From a virus: DNA of 44,840 nt. The notes under the pieces were generated by a model. The model searched no databases. It was not told the origin of the DNA and saw only the letters and a program-made list of their open reading frames with translations. Positions 8,711-16,799 of the stretch are shown here, one piece after another. Each line of letters begins with the position of its first letter. Positions within the stretch are counted from its first letter, which is position 1. A program made the position numbers and the translations under genes. The DNA lies in UHGV virus genome UHGV-0716684. One strand, given 5' to 3'.

Positions 8711-9170
8711 AATATGGTTCCGGAGCCGGTTTGGGTTCACCCCGGCCCGGAAAGACAATGGCTACGCTGAACCAGAGGTTCAGCGGATGTGGGTACGGTG
8801 GAGTATCGACCGTAGTATCGTGGGTCGCGGTATCTATACTGACGAGGAAAACGCTATAATCGACGCTTACATCGGCCTGGAGCACAACCCGTACAAGCAA
8901 CAGTGCGAAGACCTGGCGCATGGGGTGCTGTCACTTAAAAACCAGTTACGTGATGCGTCGGCGCAGATTAAGGATTTGCATCTGGCGCTGGTTAAGGCCA
9001 CCGGTGACGTTGAGGCGTACAAACTTATCCGGGAACAGGAGCAATCCGGTTGCCGTAAGGGAGATACTCAGGAATGTGAACATGATTGGAGGGTAGTGCA
9101 GTATTCCGCCGGGGTAGAGACGAATAAGTGCCGCCTTTGCGGAGAAGAAAAAGAGGTTCGCTACAAATGA
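8697..9170 (+). CDS. hypothetical protein with C-terminal Cys-rich zinc-finger-like motif
   Basis: Frame open from 8610; start uncertain (TTG at 8697 or ATG at 8787); C-terminal C..H..C..C. Confidence 0.45.
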   Translation: MQQFEIWFRSRFGFTPARKDNGYAEPEVQRMWVRWSIDRSIVGRGIYTDEENAIIDAYIGLEHNPYKQQCEDLAHGVLSLKNQLRDASAQIKDLHLALVKATGDVEAYKLIREQEQSGCRKGDTQECEHDWRVVQYSAGVETNKCRLCGEEKEVRYK

Positions 9171-9370
9171 CCAGCATCCTCTTTATCTGGGTGTTATCTG
9201 CGGGTCAGATGCACCTGGCGGCAACAGAAACGTTTTATTCTATGGAGGCGTGCCAGTCAGCGGCACGCGCCGCAGAGAACGCGCACTTCTTGTTTCAGGG
9301 CGACAAGCCTAACGATTCAGAGGTACGCGCTATCTGCTCACCTAAGCGACTTGGTAAACAGGAGAAGTGA
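9167..9370 (+). CDS. small predicted secreted protein
   Basis: 67 aa from ATGA-overlapped ATG; hydrophobic signal-peptide-like N-terminus MTSILFIWVLSAGQMHLAA. Confidence 0.45.
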   Translation: MTSILFIWVLSAGQMHLAATETFYSMEACQSAARAAENAHFLFQGDKPNDSEVRAICSPKRLGKQEK

Positions 9371-9372
9371 TT

Positions 9373-9636
9373 ATGGTACAGAGATATTTATTACAAGGCG
9401 GTTTAATAGGGCCGCACGACGATGGTGACTGGGTTGGTTACGAAGACTACGCGGAACTTGAGCGTAAGTTCAATGAACTCAGGACATGGCGTACGCAGAT
9501 GCTCAATGCCGCTTTCGACTTTTTAGCGTGGGCAGAAAAAGCGGAAGCCGAGTTACAGAAATACAAAGACCAGTTCCCTGATTACGTCGAGTGCGCGAAC
9601 TGTGGGTCAGTTACACATGCGGAAGGGGTGGAGTGA
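9373..9636 (+). CDS. hypothetical protein, paralog 1 (W/Y-VGYEDYAELE motif)
   Basis: ATG preceded by gtgattATGGT context shared with the next gene. Confidence 0.5.
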   Translation: MVQRYLLQGGLIGPHDDGDWVGYEDYAELERKFNELRTWRTQMLNAAFDFLAWAEKAEAELQKYKDQFPDYVECANCGSVTHAEGVE

Positions 9637-9638
9637 TT

Positions 9639-9869
9639 ATGGTTATTCGTAAAGGCTTTTATGAAGATGGTAATTTCGATAGTAAAGTAAATGGGGAGTA
9701 CGTAAGCTACGAAGACTACGCGAAACTCGAAGCCAAACTTCTGGAAATAAAAGCAGCAGCCAGTTGTCTTGTGCGAGAAGCGAGTAAGGTGTATAGCGAT
9801 TATAGTGACGTTATAGCGCCTGAGTTTGTAGACCAGCAAACCATATACGAACTAGGTATTCTGCTATGA
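9639..9869 (+). CDS. hypothetical protein, paralog 2 (YVSYEDYAKLE motif)
   Basis: ATG at 9639 with GGAAGGGG upstream; shares motif and start context with previous gene. Confidence 0.5.
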   Translation: MVIRKGFYEDGNFDSKVNGEYVSYEDYAKLEAKLLEIKAAASCLVREASKVYSDYSDVIAPEFVDQQTIYELGILL

Positions 9870-10159
9870 GCCTCGCAACTGACATCCTGAAACGAAGCGG
9901 CCTTGCGCCGCTGTCGCCGAGAGCTAAAACACAGATATACAAGCGTCGGGGTAACGCGCTGTACCCAGAGATTCAGGCCAGGCGCAAAGCTGTCCGCGCC
10001 TGTGGATTCCAGAACGGGAAGGCCGTGAATCTCGGTGAGTTCAGGACAAAGGAACGCGCTGCAATCTCTAATCGGTTATTTAATTACTGGAAATCGCTGG
10101 GATACGATGATATCCCGACGAAACCACAGAGACGACAATACATCTGGAGACATAAATAA
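9866..10159 (+). CDS. basic hypothetical protein
   Basis: 97 aa ORF. Confidence 0.5.
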   Translation: MSLATDILKRSGLAPLSPRAKTQIYKRRGNALYPEIQARRKAVRACGFQNGKAVNLGEFRTKERAAISNRLFNYWKSLGYDDIPTKPQRRQYIWRHK

Positions 10160-10234
10160 ACCGCTATTAGGATAATTCCTACCCGTGGTATCCTCCAGTT
10201 ACTGCATACTTAATATGCACCTGGAGGATTCATC

Positions 10235-10543
10235 TTGGATAAATTTACTGAAACAGTGACGGGGTGGCTTCTCGCTGCCGCACTAGCCGGAGGGGTAATC
10301 GGCCTACGGCAACATAAGTCCGTTATTTCTGGCCCTATTGATGGCTTCTGCTTTATCGCTACCGGCTTCACCTGCGCCGTATTTGGTGCGCCTCTCGCGG
10401 CCCAATGGTTTGGTATTACCGGCGAACGCGAGATAGCTGGCCTGGGCTTCATTATCGCTATTCTCTGGATGCCTATCTATTCCCGCCTCTCCGGTATCGT
10501 CGCCGGAGAATACATCGCACGTCGAGGAGACCCGGATGAATGA
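10235..10543 (+). CDS. putative holin (three hydrophobic segments)
   Basis: 102 aa membrane protein immediately upstream of lysozyme; TTG start 6 nt after GGAGGA. Confidence 0.55.
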   Translation: MDKFTETVTGWLLAAALAGGVIGLRQHKSVISGPIDGFCFIATGFTCAVFGAPLAAQWFGITGEREIAGLGFIIAILWMPIYSRLSGIVAGEYIARRGDPDE

Positions 10544-10808
10544 GTTATTCTGGTTCGGCGGTATGCTGGCAATCGGTGGCACATCGCTGTTTAATGTATA
10601 CCACCCCAGTGTTGACGATGGGTTATTTGGTCGGGTGCTCTACATCCTGACCGCTATCGTTTGCGCTGCCGGATGCATCCACCTGTTACAGGGCAGCATG
10701 TCGCCAACGCTGCCTGGGACATTAATCACATTAGTTGCGCTGCGCCAGATTCGTCAGGCGTGGCTGTCATACGGAGGACATAAGCGTGTCTCGAAACATT
10801 TCAGATAA
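10536..10808 (+). CDS. putative holin/antiholin-like membrane protein (two hydrophobic segments)
   Basis: 90 aa; overlaps holin stop and lysozyme start. Confidence 0.5.
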   Translation: MNELFWFGGMLAIGGTSLFNVYHPSVDDGLFGRVLYILTAIVCAAGCIHLLQGSMSPTLPGTLITLVALRQIRQAWLSYGGHKRVSKHFR

Positions 10809-11271
10809 TGGGTTGCATTTTACCGCTGCATTTGAGGGATTCCGCGGAACTGCGTATCGCGCTACACCGAATGAGAAGTACCTTACAATAGGCTACGGAA
10901 GCTATGGCCCTCATGTTAAGGCTGGGCGGACCATCACTCCAGGGCAAGGCCTCCTGTTACTGAATCGTGATATGGCTAAGGCCGTAGCTGCGGTTGACGC
11001 AGCAGCGCACCATTCACTGACGCAGGCGCAGTTTGATGCTGTTTGCGACCTGGTCTATAACGCGGGCGCTGGCGTGATTGCTGCTACTACGGGCACGGGT
11101 AAGGCGCTGCGTTCTGGTGATATCACGACGCTGCGGGCTAAGCTGGCGCTGTTCATCAACCAGAATGGTAAACCGTTACTTGGTCTGCGTCGCCGTACTG
11201 CGGGTCGTCTGGCGTTGTTCGACGGTAAACAGTGGCAGGAGGCGGAGGCTATCGGGAGGGCTGTTAAATGA
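10786..11271 (+). CDS. endolysin, lysozyme (glycoside hydrolase family 24-like)
   Basis: GTG start 8 nt after GGAGG; motifs AAFEGFRGTAY and TIGYG typical of phage lysozymes. Confidence 0.8.
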   Translation: MSRNISDNGLHFTAAFEGFRGTAYRATPNEKYLTIGYGSYGPHVKAGRTITPGQGLLLLNRDMAKAVAAVDAAAHHSLTQAQFDAVCDLVYNAGAGVIAATTGTGKALRSGDITTLRAKLALFINQNGKPLLGLRRRTAGRLALFDGKQWQEAEAIGRAVK

Positions 11272-11397
11272 TGGACGAATACGAAGGCGTTTAGTAAACT
11301 TACATCACGCTGCTTGTGCTTGCATACTAAGCCCTGGTAAACCTGAAGCAGCAGCCCAGGCGGTGGAGACTGCGTAGGGTTCAGGGGCTTATGCCCG

Positions 11398-11428
11398 AAA
11401 CCCGGACCGCGAATCCGGGTTTTATTTT
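11398..11428 (+). terminator. rho-independent terminator
   Basis: cccgga-ccgcgaa-tccggg followed by ttttatttt. Confidence 0.6.
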
Positions 11429-11501
11429 ACCAATTGACACCTAAGACTAATCAGACGATACTTAAATCACCTCCTGTTCCATCCCTCTGCTCTCCAGTTT
11501 T

Positions 11502-11534
11502 ATCCCGGCCCTGACCCAGCCGGGATTTTTTTTA
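11502..11534 (+). terminator. rho-independent terminator (second, tandem)
   Basis: atcccggc...gccgggat followed by tttttttt. Confidence 0.6.
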
Positions 11535-11555
11535 TCTGTTTTCTGTAATGACTAG

Positions 11556-11584
11556 TTGACTATTATCCTCGACCCTATTATATT
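11556..11584 (+). promoter_or_regulatory. sigma70-like promoter TTGACT-N17-TATATT
   Basis: Located after the tandem terminators and before the small-gene block at 11619. Confidence 0.45.
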
Positions 11585-11618
11585 TACTTCATCGACAACG
11601 AGAACGGAGTAGAGAGAA

Positions 11619-11816
11619 ATGGGCAACGTATCGACGATAGAAATAACCGAAGAACTCGAAGTTAAATGTATCGCATCAGTTATAGGGAATGGTTCGGTGG
11701 AAAAACTACAGATGAGGGCTGCTGCGGGCTACATACGCAGGGCTAATAGCGCGCAGACTGATGTTTTACGTAAACGTTACCTCGTGAAAGCGTTAGAAAT
11801 ACTGGAGAATAACTAA
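11619..11816 (+). CDS. hypothetical protein
   Basis: 65 aa ORF; GGAG upstream. Confidence 0.5.
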   Translation: MGNVSTIEITEELEVKCIASVIGNGSVEKLQMRAAAGYIRRANSAQTDVLRKRYLVKALEILENN

Positions 11817-11965
11817 TGAAAATTACAGATATCGAAGCATTCAAAGACGCACAACTGATGGCACGCATCGCCGTTAGCAACCTGAGCAACAGCATCCCAG
11901 CGGCTGCATTCTGGTTCGCCGCGATGCAGACACTGAAAGCAGCTTATGCAGGAGAGAAGAAATGA
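11816..11965 (+). CDS. small hypothetical protein (49 aa, ends AGEKK)
   Basis: Hand-translated MKITDIEAFKDAQ...; start/stop overlaps both neighbours. Confidence 0.4.
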   Translation: MKITDIEAFKDAQLMARIAVSNLSNSIPAAAFWFAAMQTLKAAYAGEKK

Positions 11966-12171
11966 TCGACGTTATCGTTGGTGGCATCTATAAGAGTAAT
12001 TACTCGTGGGGTGATGTAGGTGAAGTTAGTTTCATTGTAACTGCGGTTGGGTTGGACCACGTACTTATCGCCGACTACCCATTGATGAAATTCAATGAAT
12101 CCTATTCAGAATATTGTGTTGGTAGAAAGGAGTTCGAGGCTAAATTTAAGTTTGCAGGAGAGAAGAAATGA
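11962..12171 (+). CDS. hypothetical protein (ends FAGEKK)
   Basis: 69 aa ORF; 18-nt junction gcaggagagaagaaatga repeated at both ends. Confidence 0.5.
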   Translation: MIDVIVGGIYKSNYSWGDVGEVSFIVTAVGLDHVLIADYPLMKFNESYSEYCVGRKEFEAKFKFAGEKK

Positions 12172-12365
12172 AAGTTAAAGCCGCTAAAATTCTCTGGTTA
12201 GCCGCCCTTGACTATGTGACAGAGGGTAAAGTGTACGATGTGTACAACCCGACAGCTACTGGTTTCGGTTATATAGACTCCGACGACGACTGCTATATTT
12301 TCATAGACTTTGGTAACGATGAAGGTGATGGCTTCCACGGCGTTAAATGGGAGATTGTAGAATGA
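12168..12365 (+). CDS. hypothetical protein
   Basis: 65 aa ORF, ATGA coupling. Confidence 0.5.
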   Translation: MKVKAAKILWLAALDYVTEGKVYDVYNPTATGFGYIDSDDDCYIFIDFGNDEGDGFHGVKWEIVE

Positions 12366-12520
12366 GCGAACAAGGTCAAGTAAGCCAACCATTACGAGTA
12401 GGCCGTAAAGTCAGTCACACCTCGTTCCCGACACGAGAGGAGCTTATGAAACGTAACAGTTTCCCGGGGCCGGACAAGAACAAGTATCTAAATCGCATGT
12501 GGGGAGAGCGTAAAGAATGA
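12362..12520 (+). CDS. small hypothetical protein (52 aa)
   Basis: Hand-translated MSEQGQVSQPLRVGRK...; ATGA coupling at both ends. Confidence 0.4.
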   Translation: MSEQGQVSQPLRVGRKVSHTSFPTREELMKRNSFPGPDKNKYLNRMWGERKE

Positions 12521-12714
12521 CTGACCGTGAATATGAAAAGATGATGGTGGAGGCTGTTAACGGCGGCGTAGACATCAGTCACGTGATGCACGTCCTGAAT
12601 ACTAAAATCGCTGTAGCCGAGCAAATGGTTGAGTCACTTTACGAGACACGTCGTGAACTGATTAACCGCTTCAACCTGAACAAAGCATCCGGTGATGGGC
12701 ATGAAAGCGCCTGA
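12517..12714 (+). CDS. hypothetical protein
   Basis: 65 aa ORF. Confidence 0.5.
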   Translation: MTDREYEKMMVEAVNGGVDISHVMHVLNTKIAVAEQMVESLYETRRELINRFNLNKASGDGHESA

Positions 12715-12883
12715 ACCGGTAGTGATTGATGGCGTCCTGTGGAAACCATACTCTGTTAACCATATCGACGCCGACGGGAAGAAGTTTAGCTTCTACATTT
12801 TTGCAATTAGCCGTGAGCACGCCGCGTGTGTGGTCGATGATATACGAGAGACGGCGTGGCTCGGTGATGAAATAGTGGGGTAG
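12692..12883 (+). CDS. hypothetical protein
   Basis: 63 aa ORF; true start probably ATG at 12695 or 12701. Confidence 0.45.
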   Translation: MMGMKAPEPVVIDGVLWKPYSVNHIDADGKKFSFYIFAISREHAACVVDDIRETAWLGDEIVG

Positions 12884-12885
12884 AT

Positions 12886-13056
12886 ATGTTCAGTGACATC
12901 AACGCAGCAATCGAAGAGGCAATCTGGCGTCGCTACAACGGCGAGCAACAACGGCACTTCTGCCTGGTGCAACGTGGAAACATGATTGCTGTAGTGCAGG
13001 ACCGCGATAACAAATATCCGAATGCGATGTGGACAACGAGGAATTTCTTAGGATGA
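12886..13056 (+). CDS. small hypothetical protein (56 aa)
   Basis: Hand-translated MFSDINAAIEEAIWRRY... Confidence 0.4.
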   Translation: MFSDINAAIEEAIWRRYNGEQQRHFCLVQRGNMIAVVQDRDNKYPNAMWTTRNFLG

Positions 13057-13289
13057 TTACCAGCATTCCTAACCTGATTAAAGAATTTGGCACGATGGCC
13101 GAGACGTGCCGACAAACCGGCATCAACGAAATGACGATTGCGAAGTACAGCAAAGACGTGGACTGCGAGCGCCACGTAATTTATAACAACCGTCTGATGA
13201 CGCACGTTAAAACAAGCCCGGTGTTATTCACGCGCCGGGGTATCACTAAAACTGAGCAACGTATCGCACGAGAGGAGAGCGGGGAATGA
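13053..13289 (+). CDS. small HTH-containing protein
   Basis: ATGA-coupled start MITSIPNLIKEFGTMAETCRQTGINEMTIAKYSK (HTH-like). Confidence 0.45.
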   Translation: MITSIPNLIKEFGTMAETCRQTGINEMTIAKYSKDVDCERHVIYNNRLMTHVKTSPVLFTRRGITKTEQRIAREESGE

Positions 13290-13390
13290 GACTACTAATC
13301 ATCCCTAACGCCCGGGCCATTCCCGTAGCTAACGACCATTACGGCGGCGACGGTAAAAGAGCACCACGCCACGGCCTATACAACTGATAC

Positions 13391-13414
13391 AAGCCCTCTA
13401 CCGAGGGCTTTTCT
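13391..13414 (+). terminator. rho-independent terminator
   Basis: aagccctc-tacc-gagggctt followed by ttctgt. Confidence 0.5.
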
Positions 13415-13508
13415 GTACATCCCGCCCAATCCCCTTATATAATCCATTTAGACGCGTAGGGCGCGTCTGGTGCGCTCTGATGGTCAGACGCATATGCAAG
13501 GGGATTCT

Positions 13509-14021
13509 ATGAAGCTGAAACTCAAGCAGCCATCACCAGAGGTGGTGCAAGCTGCACATGAAGAAGCTGTTAGCGCAAACCGTCGCCGTAAACGACCGCG
13601 CGGTAAACAGAGCCTTTATCAATCATCCCGTAATTCCGCCGCGTTGTGGGACCCGGACTATTGTGACGAATTGATTCGTTTCTTCGACCGCACGTCGTGG
13701 GAGGCTATGCCGACCGGTGCGCACGGAGACTACAAAGCAGTCATTGCGGATAAACCGCCATCACTGGCTCGCTTCGCCTTACACATCGGTGTCACTATCC
13801 CGATTATTAAGCTGTGGCTGCGCGAGATTCCCTCATTTGCAGAAGCCTATGAAACGGCACAGGCGCTGGAAGAGGCGTATTTCACTGAGAATGGGGCCGC
13901 CGGTATCTCTGCTACGTTCGCCGCCGCTAAGCTGGGGCTGAATAAAACAGTTGTCGCCGAAGAAGTACGCGACGAGCCAATCAGTGAAGTAACAATTAAG
14001 GTGGTGTCCGGTGAACGTTAA
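13509..14021 (+). CDS. terminase small subunit
   Basis: HTH region SLARFALHIGVTIPIIKLWLREIPSFAEAYE typical of small terminase subunits; directly upstream of and overlapping the large subunit. Confidence 0.65.
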   Translation: MKLKLKQPSPEVVQAAHEEAVSANRRRKRPRGKQSLYQSSRNSAALWDPDYCDELIRFFDRTSWEAMPTGAHGDYKAVIADKPPSLARFALHIGVTIPIIKLWLREIPSFAEAYETAQALEEAYFTENGAAGISATFAAAKLGLNKTVVAEEVRDEPISEVTIKVVSGER

Positions 14022-15282
14022 TATCACGGCAACGGAACCTCAAGGCGCATTTCTTGGGATGCATTGCAAGTTCCCTGCGTTCGTGGCTGGCTTCGGCACC
14101 GGGAAATCAGAGGTTATGTGTAACTCCGCGCTACTGGACAGCATGGAGGGTGGCAGCGATTCTATCATCGCCATGTATGAGCCTACTTATGACCTGGTAC
14201 GCCTTATCCTTGCGCCCCGTATGGAAGAGAAGCTGACGGACTGGGGTATCCGGTACAAATACAATAAGTCCGACAACATAATCTATACGTCATCCGGTCA
14301 ATTTGGGGATTTTGTCCTGCGTACATTAGATAATCCAGCACGAATCGTTGGTTACGAGTCATTTCGTGCAAAAATCGACGAGTTGGATACCCTGAACATG
14401 GAACACGCGGAGCACGCATGGAACAAAGTCATCGCCCGTAACCGTCAGTTGCCGAGGACGTATAAACCTATTACGCCAAAACCTGCTAATACCGTTTCCG
14501 TGTTCACTACGCCGGAAGGATTCCGTTTCGTGCATGACCGCTGGGTTGTTAAAAAGAATCCTGGTTACGAGATGATTCAGGCGTCCACCCTGTCTAACCC
14601 GTTCCTGCCAGAAGATTATGTGCAGTCCTTACGAGATACCTACCCCGGGCAGTTGATTGATGCCTACATCAACGGCGAGTTCGTAAACCTCACGGCTGGG
14701 ACGGTCTACTACGCTTACGACCGCAGGAAAAACAGCAGTCGCGAAACAATCAAGCCTGGTGAGACTCTGTATATTGGGCAGGATTTTAACGTAGGCCATA
14801 TGGCGAGCACAGTCTACGTGCAACGCGGAAAGGTGTGGCACGCTGTCGCCGAGTTGGTTGATATGTTCGATACGCCGGATGTAGTGCGAGCCATAACGGA
14901 GCGCTGGAAAAGTAAGGGCCATTATATCGTTATGTACCCGGACGCCAGCGGCAAGAACCGTAAAAGCAACAACGCCAGCACCTCCGACATCGTCCAGCTA
15001 CAGCAGGCCGGTTTCGAAGTACGCGCTAAATCGACAAACCCACCGGTTAAAGACCGCGTATCTGCGATGAATAAGGCGCTTGAATCTGGTATGGTCATGA
15101 TTAACGAACAGGCTTGCCCGGTTACTGCTCGATGCCTGGAGCAGCAAGCCTACGACAAGAACGGCGAACCGGATAAATCAGGTGGTGTGGACCACCAGAA
15201 TGATGGAACCACATACCCTATCGCGTATGAAATGCCGATTCGCAAACCAGTTATTAACGTCCCGGTGACTTTCGCACTTTAA
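14011..15282 (+). CDS. terminase large subunit
   Basis: 423 aa; Walker A GFGTGKS near N-terminus; position before portal. Confidence 0.85.
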   Translation: MNVNITATEPQGAFLGMHCKFPAFVAGFGTGKSEVMCNSALLDSMEGGSDSIIAMYEPTYDLVRLILAPRMEEKLTDWGIRYKYNKSDNIIYTSSGQFGDFVLRTLDNPARIVGYESFRAKIDELDTLNMEHAEHAWNKVIARNRQLPRTYKPITPKPANTVSVFTTPEGFRFVHDRWVVKKNPGYEMIQASTLSNPFLPEDYVQSLRDTYPGQLIDAYINGEFVNLTAGTVYYAYDRRKNSSRETIKPGETLYIGQDFNVGHMASTVYVQRGKVWHAVAELVDMFDTPDVVRAITERWKSKGHYIVMYPDASGKNRKSNNASTSDIVQLQQAGFEVRAKSTNPPVKDRVSAMNKALESGMVMINEQACPVTARCLEQQAYDKNGEPDKSGGVDHQNDGTTYPIAYEMPIRKPVINVPVTFAL

Positions 15283-15294
15283 GAGGATTATTCA

Positions 15295-16770
15295 ATGTTA
15301 ACTATGAACGGTCAGAATCAGGGTGTTAAGACTAAACACCGGGAATGGCTGCATCACTTCAATAAATGGCAGAAGGTACGCCACGCGCTGGAAGGCGACC
15401 TTATCCGTTACCTGCGCAACGTCGGGAAGAACGAACCAGACCCGACCTACGCGGCACAGCGTCAGGAAGAATACGAGAACGGCGCTATCTGCTACAACTT
15501 TACTAAACGTACCCTGGCGGGGATGGTTGGGTCCGTGATGCGCAAAGACCCCGAGCAGATTATCCCGCCTGAACTGGAGTACCTGTTACGTAATGCCGAC
15601 GGCTCCGGTGTTGGTCTGTGGCAGCACGCGCAGGACACGCTGATGGAGATTGACTCGGTGGGCCGTGGTGGGTTGCTGGTTGACGCCCCGGAGACCGCCG
15701 CGGCAACGGCGGCAGAGCAGAACGCGGGGTTATTAAACCCGGTCATCGCTTTCTATACCGCAGAGAACATCATCAACTGGCGACTGACTCGCGTCGGTTC
15801 AGTTAACCGCGTGACGATGGTTGTATTGCGTGAGGTATGGGAATACTCAGAACCGGGCGCAGAGTTCGAAACAAAGTTCGGTGAGCAATACCGCGTTCTC
15901 GATTTGATTGACGGTCGCTACCGTCAGCGCATTTACCGCTTTGACGCAGAAGGTGGCGCACAGGGTGAAGTAATCGAAATCTTCCCGGAACTCGGCGAAC
16001 AGTTACGTGGCAAAATCCCGTTCACGTTCATTGGTGCAAGCAACAACGACGCTACTATCGACGATGCGCCTTTGCTGCCGTTGGCTGAGCTTAATATCGG
16101 ACATTTCCGTAACAGCGCAGACAATGAGGAATCCAGCTTCGTTGTAGGCCAGCCAACTCTGTTCATCGCCCCCGGTGAGAACATGAGCATGGAACAGTGG
16201 AAAGAAGCTAACCCTCACGGCGTGCGCATGGGGTCACGTTCAGGCCATAACATCGGCTACGGCGGCAATGCATTTCTTGTTCAGGCAGGAGAGAACAACC
16301 TCGCCAAACAGAATATGCTGGATAAAGAGAATCAGGCCATTCAGATTGGCGCGCAGCTTATCACCCCGACGCAGCAAATCACCGCCGAATCCGCCCGCCT
16401 GCAACGCGGCGCCGATACGTCAGTCATGGCAACAATCGCGCGTAACGTAAGCATGGCGTATACCGATGCATTGCGCTGGGTAGCGGCGATGCTAGGGTTG
16501 CGCGAAGACACAGAGATTGAATTCAAGCTGAACATGGAGTTCTTCCTACAACCGATGACAGCTCAGGACCGCGCCCAGTGGATGGCAGACATTAACGCTG
16601 GCTTGCTGCCCGCCACCGCTTACTATGCTGCGTTGCGCAAGGCGGGTGTAACTGACTGGAAGGATGAAGACATTCAGAACGCTATCGAGGATGCACCATT
16701 GCCGTTGGGGGCCGTTACTCAGGTGACGGGGGAGATTCCGCAGTCGGCGCAGCAGCAACAGCAGGAGTAA
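15295..16770 (+). CDS. portal protein
   Basis: 491 aa ORF directly after terminase large subunit; size and position typical. Confidence 0.75.
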   Translation: MLTMNGQNQGVKTKHREWLHHFNKWQKVRHALEGDLIRYLRNVGKNEPDPTYAAQRQEEYENGAICYNFTKRTLAGMVGSVMRKDPEQIIPPELEYLLRNADGSGVGLWQHAQDTLMEIDSVGRGGLLVDAPETAAATAAEQNAGLLNPVIAFYTAENIINWRLTRVGSVNRVTMVVLREVWEYSEPGAEFETKFGEQYRVLDLIDGRYRQRIYRFDAEGGAQGEVIEIFPELGEQLRGKIPFTFIGASNNDATIDDAPLLPLAELNIGHFRNSADNEESSFVVGQPTLFIAPGENMSMEQWKEANPHGVRMGSRSGHNIGYGGNAFLVQAGENNLAKQNMLDKENQAIQIGAQLITPTQQITAESARLQRGADTSVMATIARNVSMAYTDALRWVAAMLGLREDTEIEFKLNMEFFLQPMTAQDRAQWMADINAGLLPATAYYAALRKAGVTDWKDEDIQNAIEDAPLPLGAVTQVTGEIPQSAQQQQQE

Positions 16771-16799
16771 ATATTAAGGCCCCTATTGGGGCCTTAATC

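Noticed and set aside
11078-11377. 99-aa ORF overlapping the lysozyme gene in another frame, considered as a possible spanin
   Set aside because: No lipobox or signal peptide, arginine-rich composition typical of an out-of-frame artefact, no RBS; a better spanin pair exists at 20731-21226
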